From: Alphaproteobacteria bacterium
GTDB taxonomy: Bacteria > Pseudomonadota > Alphaproteobacteria > Rhizobiales > TMED25
NCBI GenBank assembly: GCA_045565315.1
Contig: JBJLFO010000001.1
Span: 593,542 to 657,541, forward strand
DNA length: 64,000 nucleotides
Direction of reading: 5' to 3'
Shown here: piece after piece, positions 9,046-16,222 of the stretch
Position numbering within the stretch: position 1 is the first letter of the stretch
Layout: every line of letters starts with the position of its first letter
Translations under genes and position numbers: made by a program
Notes under the pieces: model-generated
The model's input: the letters and a program-made list of their open reading frames with translations, nothing else
What the model was told of the DNA's origin: nothing
Databases searched by the model: none

Positions 9046-9883
9046 TATAATCTATTTCTTCCATAACTAAGCTATGATAATGCTTTGTTAGGTCTTTCTC
9101 CTTTTTTAACATTACTAGTCTCAATAAGTCGTATATTGATTTTAGTGTTTCCAGAACCTTTTCAGGACCAGTAACGTATATCCTACCCGCATTTCTATAA
9201 TTTTCAAAATTTCTAAGTTTGATCACTTTATATCCAATTTTTCTATATACTCTTCTCGCAACAATAATGGAGAATCTCATTCTAATTGGAATAGCTTTTA
9301 ATGCATAAAATGAACTATCGTAGAACATATCTGCAATCTTTATGGTCTCATCCAACTTGCTAAAATTATTCATAATATAAAATCTATTTAAATTTGCATC
9401 TTCGATCACATCCCTTGATATATTTGTTAACTGCATCGCTATACCAAGGTCAATAGCACCTCTAAGAGCATTTAAATCTGATACCTTAAGTATTTTGGCC
9501 ATCATTAGACCGACGGTTCCAGCAACCCTATATGAGTAAATTAGTAGGCTTTTTTTTGTTTTAAACTCCAACCTTTTTACTAGATCAGTTTTAAGGCCAT
9601 CAAATAAGTCAAATATAATTAGTTCTGAAATATTATATTCATCCATTAGATCCCACATATTACTTATTATTTTATTATTATTATTATTTCTTTCAAAATC
9701 ACCCCTGAATTTTTCTAATCTATCAATTTTAATATGTAGGTCGTCTTTGGAGTCTGTGATATCGTCTACTGACCTACAAAAGTTATAGAGAGAGGTACAA
9801 TCTCTGTAAGTTTTTTTTGGTAAGAATAAACCTGCCCAATTAAATGATTTTGAGTATCTTGCTAAGTAATTTATATCGCTCAT
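9032..9883 (-). CDS. crtB: phytoene synthase
   Basis: Squalene/phytoene synthase motifs SKSFNWAGLFLP..LYNFCRSVDDITD and YRVAGTVGLMM. Shares a TAATG 1-nt overlap with crtI. Confidence 0.85.
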   Translation of the reverse strand: MSDINYLARYSKSFNWAGLFLPKKTYRDCTSLYNFCRSVDDITDSKDDLHIKIDRLEKFRGDFERNNNNNKIISNMWDLMDEYNISELIIFDLFDGLKTDLVKRLEFKTKKSLLIYSYRVAGTVGLMMAKILKVSDLNALRGAIDLGIAMQLTNISRDVIEDANLNRFYIMNNFSKLDETIKIADMFYDSSFYALKAIPIRMRFSIIVARRVYRKIGYKVIKLRNFENYRNAGRIYVTGPEKVLETLKSIYDLLRLVMLKKEKDLTKHYHSLVMEEIDYNARF

Positions 9884-11340
9884 TATAAAATTTTATCTAA
9901 AACTTTCGCTGATGATAAGACACCTGGTATTCCAGCCCCTGGATGTGTGCCAGCTCCTACAAAATATAACCCATCGTATATTTCCGATTTATTGTGAAAA
10001 CGGAAATATGCTGACTGAGTAAATTTTGGCTGAATTGAGAAACCCGATCCATACTGTGTATTAAGTTCCTTCTCAAAATAATCAGGTGTTAAATAAAAAT
10101 CTTCAACAATATTATTTTCAAGATCTGGCATTAAATGATCCTGCATTTTACTAATTATTAAACGCTTAAATTTTTCTCCCTCATTTTCCCAATTAATTTT
10201 TGACTTATTATTTGGAACTGGAACTAATACGTAGAAACAATCATGTCCTGGGGGTGCCATAGTTTGATCAGTTGCTGTTGGACGATGTAAATAATAACTG
10301 ATATCTTCATTTAATTTATAATTATTAAAAATATCATTGAGATGCTCTTCATACTTGTCACCAAATTTAATAGTATGGTGTTTCACATGATCGTACTTTT
10401 TTTTAGTACCGAAATAATAGACAAATAGACCCATTGAATATTGCATTCTTTTCATTTTTAATTTAAAAATTGGGCTTTTAATTTTTTCATTTAGCATTTT
10501 TTTATATACTGATGGAGGGTCAGCATTACAGATAATATTATCTGCTGTAATCTTACTTTCGTCACTCAGCTTAACACCATTTACTCTTTTACCAGTCACA
10601 AGAATTTGCTCGACTTCTTTCCCCTTAATAATATTAATACCTTCCTCATCCATCAGTTTTTCTAATGCATTAATAATTTCTCCAGTGCCACCAAGTGAGT
10701 AATGAATTCCCCACTCTTTCTCCAAATACATTATCAATCCATATATGGATGTTGTTGTGAAAGGATTACCCCCAACTAATAATGGGTGCATGCTAAAAAC
10801 TCTTCTTAATTTCTCATCTTCTATAAATGAACTTGCAAGACTATATACAGAATCATAACTTCTCAGTTTTAATAATGATGGTATTTGTTTCATCATAAAA
10901 AAAGGTTTATTAAATGGAACAGCAGATAACTCAGTAAAACCTTTGTCAAATATTTTCTTTGAAAAAGCGAGAAGTTTTTGGTAACCAGCTACATCCAACT
11001 TATTAAACTTGGATATTTGATTCTTCATGCTTTCTTCATCACCGGAGTAATCAATGTAGGAATTATCCTCAAAGATGAATCTATACCAAATATCTAACGG
11101 TACGATATTAATGTATTTTTTTGGATCTTTATTAAATAAAGCAAATATCTCATCAATTAGGAATGGGGCTGTTATAACTGTTGGGCCAGCATCAAAAGTA
11201 AAACCGCCCTTCCTGAAAACTCGAGCTCTACCACCTAAATCTTTGTGTTTCTCAATTAATGTTACAGAATGACCTTTTGACTTTAATCGAAGTGCTGCGG
11301 CAATCCCACCAAAACCGGAACCAATTATAATTGATTTCAT
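9883..11340 (-). CDS. crtI: phytoene desaturase
   Basis: N-terminal IIGSGFGGIAAALRL..EKHKDLGGRA and C-terminal YFVGAGTHPGAGIPGVLSSA. Confidence 0.9.
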   Translation of the reverse strand: MKSIIIGSGFGGIAAALRLKSKGHSVTLIEKHKDLGGRARVFRKGGFTFDAGPTVITAPFLIDEIFALFNKDPKKYINIVPLDIWYRFIFEDNSYIDYSGDEESMKNQISKFNKLDVAGYQKLLAFSKKIFDKGFTELSAVPFNKPFFMMKQIPSLLKLRSYDSVYSLASSFIEDEKLRRVFSMHPLLVGGNPFTTTSIYGLIMYLEKEWGIHYSLGGTGEIINALEKLMDEEGINIIKGKEVEQILVTGKRVNGVKLSDESKITADNIICNADPPSVYKKMLNEKIKSPIFKLKMKRMQYSMGLFVYYFGTKKKYDHVKHHTIKFGDKYEEHLNDIFNNYKLNEDISYYLHRPTATDQTMAPPGHDCFYVLVPVPNNKSKINWENEGEKFKRLIISKMQDHLMPDLENNIVEDFYLTPDYFEKELNTQYGSGFSIQPKFTQSAYFRFHNKSEIYDGLYFVGAGTHPGAGIPGVLSSAKVLDKIL

Positions 11341-11504
11341 ATGACTTTTTTTATCCTGTTTGATTTATCTTATATCTGATATCCAATATACATGTAAGTC
11401 TAACATAACTGTATTAATGTGACCATTCTATATTGGTTTTTAATTCACCAGTTTACTGTATTTCCATCTCTAGTATTCGAAAATATTTCGATTTGATATG
11501 AATA

Positions 11505-11570
11505 TAAAAAAAGGAGCTACAACTTTCCCTTCAATCTGGTTTGACCAGATAAAACGAATGTTGCAGCTCC
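11505..11570 (-). terminator. rho-independent terminator of the rhodopsin gene
   Basis: On the minus strand an 11-bp outer stem GGAGCUGCAAC/GUUGUAGCUCC (one G.U) encloses an inner hairpin CUGGU-CAA-ACCAG and is followed by U7. It lies 60 nt after the PR stop. Confidence 0.7.
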
Positions 11571-11630
11571 TTATGATACTCTTGAGCTGAAGTCTGGTGA
11601 TCACTTATTAGCTTTCACCAAAAGTATTAG

Positions 11631-12320
11631 CTACTTAGAGTCAGCTGTAGCTGCGGCCCAAATAACAACACCGAATGCAATCTTGTTCACAAAGTCTGCA
11701 AGGTTGTATATTAGGTTTAGTGACCCAGCGTCGCCGGCTCCAATGTATCCGATTACATAACCTAGTGGATAAATTGCCCACCCAACAGTTACGATAATTC
11801 TCAACGCATTGAAAGCTTTTTGAGATGCAGCAGTACCCTCAGCAGCACTGATTTTACTTGCTTCACCAGCAAAGATTTCATAAATGATGTATATCCATGC
11901 GGCCATACCAATTACGAAGCCAAGCCATACATTCATTGCGCCTATTTCACCGAGATAACCAGCAACTAGCATTACCACTGAAGCAATTAATAGTCTCCAG
12001 AAAAGTGATGCAGCAACAACAGCTATCGCAGCAAGGATTAAATAAAATTCAACGATTTGTAGAGGTACTGTTAGTAGCCAGTCTACATATCGAAATACGA
12101 TTGGCGATTCGCCTGTATCAACCCAGACGCCACGCATATAGAAATAATGTATCGCAGCAATACCTGTAACCATAGCGGCAACAGTTAAAGATGTTTTCCA
12201 TTTTCCAACGGCACGATCTCTTTCTACCCAGAAAAAGAAAGTTGCTGCAACCATAGCTGCAGAGATAATCCAAAAACTAACACCTACTAGGTCAGATGGA
12301 TTTAATGCTCCTGTTGTCAT
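11631..12320 (-). CDS. proteorhodopsin (DTE proton-pump type, blue-tuned Gln)
   Basis: RYVDWLLTVPLQIVEFYLIL carries the Asp acceptor, Thr, Gln tuning residue and Glu donor. The retinal Lys is in NLADFVNKIAFG and the conserved His in AAIHYFYMR. An AGGGAGA RBS sits 6 nt upstream. Confidence 0.93.
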   Translation of the reverse strand: MTTGALNPSDLVGVSFWIISAAMVAATFFFWVERDRAVGKWKTSLTVAAMVTGIAAIHYFYMRGVWVDTGESPIVFRYVDWLLTVPLQIVEFYLILAAIAVVAASLFWRLLIASVVMLVAGYLGEIGAMNVWLGFVIGMAAWIYIIYEIFAGEASKISAAEGTAASQKAFNALRIIVTVGWAIYPLGYVIGYIGAGDAGSLNLIYNLADFVNKIAFGVVIWAAATADSK

Positions 12321-12574
12321 ATTAAGTCTCCCTATTAAATAACAAACTAATTAGTTTCATTAAAACATAAAATATTAGAAAATTATTCTAAAAACAATAT
12401 ATTTTTTGCTTTAAAACCCGTTTTTTAATACAGAAATAATTAAATATTCTTTAATTTTATTAACGAATTGATAGATTCCTCTGTAATATACTGGTCACCA
12501 ACGGTTTCATCTTGATTGATATTTTTAATAAATGCATAATAAATTCTTTTTTTAGATGAGAAATATGCACATAT

Positions 12575-12703
12575 TTATCTATTTCGACCGCTGCACTTCT
12601 TTGAACAATATTTCACACTCTCCCAATTAAGCTTCCATTTTTTTCTCCAATCAAATGGTCTCTTACATGTTAAACAAATTTTCTGAGGGAGATTTTTACT
12701 CAT
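12575..12703 (-). CDS. DUF2256-type zinc-ribbon protein (42 aa, absent from the ORF track)
   Basis: Hand translation gives MSKNLPQKICLTCKRPFDWRKKWKLNWESVKYCSKKCSGRNR with a C-x2-C...C-x3-C pattern and the WRKKW..W..VKYCS signature. Its ATG overlaps the stop of the upstream gene (ATGAGTAA). Confidence 0.75.
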   Translation of the reverse strand: MSKNLPQKICLTCKRPFDWRKKWKLNWESVKYCSKKCSGRNR

Positions 12704-13040
12704 TTATATGCCCACGATTTTTTAAATATAAAAAAAATGCTATAAATTCGTATAAATAGTGTGCGACCTTATATATAATTTTATTATCCAATAATTTTGC
12801 TAAAAATTTATACTTTTCCATTCTTCCCCATAGTACTTTAAATGCATCTACTCCAATATAGATATTCCCATCAACCTCAACATGCATTCTTCTGACGAGT
12901 TCCTTCTTGCTTTTCTTAATTGTAGTTGAGTTAGAGTGGTGAGTTACATCAACCCAACTAATGTCTTTGTTATTTTGTTTTTTGTAATGCTCTATTTCAA
13001 ATCTACATACAGAGCATTTTTCATTATAATATACTTTCAC
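12696..13040 (-). CDS. DCC-family thiol-disulfide oxidoreductase (DUF393)
   Basis: N-terminal YYNEKCSVCRFEI (CxxC) and about 114 aa, consistent with the DUF393/DCC family. Confidence 0.65.
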   Translation of the reverse strand: MKVYYNEKCSVCRFEIEHYKKQNNKDISWVDVTHHSNSTTIKKSKKELVRRMHVEVDGNIYIGVDAFKVLWGRMEKYKFLAKLLDNKIIYKVAHYLYEFIAFFLYLKNRGHINE

Positions 13041-13099
13041 TAGTGCAACTCCAATAATATTGATTATACGCTTTGATATAATTTATAGATTAATTTCTT

Positions 13100-13795
13100 C
13101 TATTCTTTTGATTTATTATTAGCAACCACATCTACTAATACGGCAATAATTAGATTTAGAATAGTTATTGAACCAATTGCGACAAAACTATAGAAATAAA
13201 TCCAAGCCCACCAGTGTAATTCCTGCATTGGCAACATCACATTCTCCCAACTTGAAAGTGTTAAAACTTGGACAAGTGTAATCATGGAAATACCTAGGTC
13301 ACCCCACCTTGAAGGATCCGATTGAGCAAATAATATGCTTCCAAATGATGCATACACATAAATAATTATGAATAAAAGAAGAGAGACATAGAATACTCTT
13401 TTTATTGATTTAAGAAGTGCTTCAATTAATTCTTTTAGCTCAGGAATTGCTGATATTAATCTTAAGACCCTAAATATTCTTAATAATCTTAAAACTAATA
13501 TTGAAGAGTTAGGTCCTGCTGGGATAATCGAAGCAAGTACAATAATTGTATCAAAGATATTCCATCCCTCTTTGAAAAATAATAATTTTTTCTCCTCAGC
13601 AAAAAATCTTATCGAAATTTCAATTACAAAGAAAATAGTTATTAAAGCATCTAAAGAATGAAGAATATAGAGAATTTGAACTGGTATATTATAGGTAGAT
13701 GCACCAACTAAGAAAGCTGAAAGAATAATTGCGAATATAACAAAAGTTTGAAAAACCTTATGATTTCGGATATTTAAAAATAAGCTTCTATTCAT
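13100..13795 (-). CDS. single-domain voltage-gated cation channel (BacNaV/NaChBac family) with atypical filter
   Basis: 6 TM helices. S4 has four Arg at 3-residue spacing (LRLLRIFRVLRL). The pore loop is LVQVLTLSSWENVM. The protein ends about 9 aa after S6. Confidence 0.8.
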   Translation of the reverse strand: MNRSLFLNIRNHKVFQTFVIFAIILSAFLVGASTYNIPVQILYILHSLDALITIFFVIEISIRFFAEEKKLLFFKEGWNIFDTIIVLASIIPAGPNSSILVLRLLRIFRVLRLISAIPELKELIEALLKSIKRVFYVSLLLFIIIYVYASFGSILFAQSDPSRWGDLGISMITLVQVLTLSSWENVMLPMQELHWWAWIYFYSFVAIGSITILNLIIAVLVDVVANNKSKE

Positions 13796-13841
13796 AGATA
13801 TTCCAATATTCTTATTACTACTTTATTTAGGATAATATGAC

Positions 13842-14495
13842 TTATTTTAATTTCCTATCCATGAATAATATTACCAACATATATAATAGAATTGAGTTTA
13901 GAATATGCCATAACCAGTGAGTTCCAATTTCTAAATGGGCGCAATATAATAAATCCATCTGTCGAAGTGATAATGAAATAGTAAAGATAAAAGACGCTAT
14001 TAAAAGACCCAATGAGATATCATATTCTTTTTTTTTATATGTTAATATGGAGATTAGTAGCATTGAAAATAACGCTAATAAATATGATGCAATTTCTTCG
14101 ACCCCTAGGGCCGTAAGGAGAGTATTGAAGATCAAAAAAATACCAATTGAAAATATAGCAGCTCTTTGACTACAATTTAAAAAGAACTTCACTGATAAAT
14201 ATAAATAAAGAATAATAAATATCATGATCGGAACAACATCTGTAATTGCTGATAATACTGTACCCAAAAGATGAAATAGTAAACTTCCAAATCCAATAAA
14301 GAGTATTAAGAGTATCAGTATCAAAGAGTAATATTGTTCTACCTTTGAGTTAAATACTCTTTTCTTATATCGTCGATATAGCAAAATATAAACGATTATA
14401 AATGCAAAATTAGTAATAAAATTTATTGGTTCTGCGAAAATATCTGAAGATACTCTCTCACAGTATATATCTATACTCTCGTTTAGAATCATCAA
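13842..14495 (-). CDS. ceramidase-like (CREST superfamily) 7-TM membrane hydrolase
   Basis: N-terminal YCE..AEPxNxxTN. Putative core residues are S71-x3-H75 (SLLFH), D86, and H193-x3-H197 (THWLWH). Confidence 0.5.
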   Translation of the reverse strand: MMILNESIDIYCERVSSDIFAEPINFITNFAFIIVYILLYRRYKKRVFNSKVEQYYSLILILLILFIGFGSLLFHLLGTVLSAITDVVPIMIFIILYLYLSVKFFLNCSQRAAIFSIGIFLIFNTLLTALGVEEIASYLLALFSMLLISILTYKKKEYDISLGLLIASFIFTISLSLRQMDLLYCAHLEIGTHWLWHILNSILLYMLVILFMDRKLK

Positions 14496-14514
14496 AATGA
14501 CTATCTACTGTTCT

Positions 14515-14889
14515 TTAGTTTATGTTAGCTAGTTTTTCTTTTGATTCACGAAGTTGTCTCATAATATCCCTCATTCTTGGCATCATATTATTTTCCCAGT
14601 ATTTTAGCATTTCTATATCATCTCTAGACTTTTTATATATTTCTGAATAGTGCTCTATCAGTTCATCTGATCCTGCAATGAATATCCCATTATCGGTTTC
14701 AACTGTTGGGAAGCTTGCTTTTTTGCCAGATTTTTCATAAATATACATTGTGATTTGTTCATAAGACTCTTCATCAGCATGAGCAACATCAATTTCAAAA
14801 TCTTCCAAGTGACCTACCTCATTTAAAAAAATAATAAATTTATAAGAAAATGGGCAACCCCCTTTAACAAAAAGTTTATTTTTATTCAT
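14515..14889 (-). CDS. glutaredoxin/GST-N-like thioredoxin-fold protein
   Basis: CPFS active-site motif, a cis-Pro region SFPTV, and GSDELIEHY. Confidence 0.55.
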   Translation of the reverse strand: MNKNKLFVKGGCPFSYKFIIFLNEVGHLEDFEIDVAHADEESYEQITMYIYEKSGKKASFPTVETDNGIFIAGSDELIEHYSEIYKKSRDDIEMLKYWENNMMPRMRDIMRQLRESKEKLANIN

Positions 14890-14930
14890 ATTTTTCTCCC
14901 CAAGTTAATTTTAAATTTCGAGTTATAAAT

Positions 14931-15833
14931 CTACTTAATAAAGTTTCCTGTTTTTAAATCCTTTAAGGCCTGCATTAATTCATCTCGAGAGTTCATTACT
15001 ATAGGCCCATGCCATGCTATTGGCTCTTTTATAGCCTTACCTGAAATAAGTAAAAATCTGACTCCAAAATCAAATGTCTGTAATTCCACATATTCACCCT
15101 TGTCGAAGTAAATTAATGTCTTATCTCCAGATAGATCTCTAACGTTTATTTCTCTACCATCCAACTCTTTTTCAATTTTTATACCCACTGGATTTGATGA
15201 ATATTTAAAGAGAGCTTTTCCATTAAATATATATGCAAATGTACTTTTATATGTATCAATTTGAAGAACTTTCTTGGTATTAGGTGGAACATAAATATCT
15301 AAATATTCTGGCTCAGAAGCAATTCCATCAACAGGTCCAGTAATGCCTTTATATGTGCCAGTTATGACTCTAATTTTGGTTCCATCATTATCTTCTAATA
15401 GAGGAATATCTGATGATTTAATATCTTGATAACGCGGATTAACCATTTTTTGGTCAGATGGCAAATTTGACCATAGTTGAAAGCCATGCATCTGCCCTTT
15501 TTGATTACCTTTTGGCATTTCTTGATGCATGATACCGGATCCTGCCGTCATCCATTGAACGTCACCACCCCTTAATAATCCTGTATTACCCAGACTATCT
15601 TTATGCTCTACAGATCCTTCTAGAACGTAAGTAATTGTTTCTATCCCTCTATGGGGATGCCACGGAAATCCTGCTTTATATCTTTCCGGGTCATCATTAC
15701 GAAAATCATCAAGTAATAAAAATGGATCATGCTTTTCAGGCTCTGTAAATCCAAACACCCTATCCAGGGATACACCTGCCCCTTCAATAACTGATGTAGG
15801 CTTTGTGATCGTGTTAATTGGTCTAAATGACAT
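14931..15833 (-). CDS. pirin family protein
   Basis: WHPHRGIETITYVLEGSVEHKDSLGN..GDVQWMTAGSGIMHQE; bicupin of 300 aa. Confidence 0.9.
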   Translation of the reverse strand: MSFRPINTITKPTSVIEGAGVSLDRVFGFTEPEKHDPFLLLDDFRNDDPERYKAGFPWHPHRGIETITYVLEGSVEHKDSLGNTGLLRGGDVQWMTAGSGIMHQEMPKGNQKGQMHGFQLWSNLPSDQKMVNPRYQDIKSSDIPLLEDNDGTKIRVITGTYKGITGPVDGIASEPEYLDIYVPPNTKKVLQIDTYKSTFAYIFNGKALFKYSSNPVGIKIEKELDGREINVRDLSGDKTLIYFDKGEYVELQTFDFGVRFLLISGKAIKEPIAWHGPIVMNSRDELMQALKDLKTGNFIK

Positions 15834-15841
15834 TTATAAGC

Positions 15842-16057
15842 CTAATTAAAAAATTTTGTTACAGTTATTACTGTCATTGTAATTGCGCATGCGAATGAAA
15901 TAATTAATATTATTCCTGATATTGATGCAATCTTATTTAATATAAAAGAGTCTGGTTTATCTTGTGCCTTTCTAGAATTTATTTTGTGAAAAATAAATCC
16001 AGAAATAAAGAACATAAGATAAAAAATAAGCGTATATTTTAATTCAGTTGTCATCAT
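15842..16057 (-). CDS. small two-TM membrane protein, unknown function
   Basis: 71-aa ORF with two hydrophobic helices. It is the first gene after the divergent promoter and ends 8 nt before pirin. No recognisable family. Confidence 0.4.
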   Translation of the reverse strand: MMTTELKYTLIFYLMFFISGFIFHKINSRKAQDKPDSFILNKIASISGIILIISFACAITMTVITVTKFFN

Positions 16058-16097
16058 TCTCTAATATATATTTTCGTCTGTGATTAACAATCTTTTT

Positions 16098-16139
16098 TAA
16101 ATCAATACTATATTGAATCTAAATCAATATTATATTGAA
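16098..16139. promoter_or_regulatory. two tandem 20-bp repeats, each containing a TCAATA-N3-TATTGA palindrome (candidate operator pair)
   Basis: TAAATCAATACTATATTGAA (16098-16117) and TAAATCAATATTATATTGAA (16120-16139) are 19/20 identical with a 22-bp period. They lie in the divergent intergenic region. Confidence 0.5.
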
Positions 16140-16222
16140 CGTCATTTTTATTTAATTTGGTTTACTGATAAATAAAAAAATTATATCCTCATTCAAGGTT
16201 AAATGTAAATAGGATTAAACAG

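Noticed and set aside
11631-12320. The rhodopsin gene looked GC-richer than its neighbours, which could suggest lateral transfer. Hand counts of three 60-nt lines gave about 40-47% GC, versus about 25-35% in crtI, crtB and crtY lines.
   Set aside because: Single-line hand counts proved very noisy; lines within the channel gene ranged from about 27% to 47%. PR is also Ala/Gly/Val-rich and probably highly expressed, and both raise GC. Proper windowed GC, codon-usage and tetranucleotide analysis is needed.
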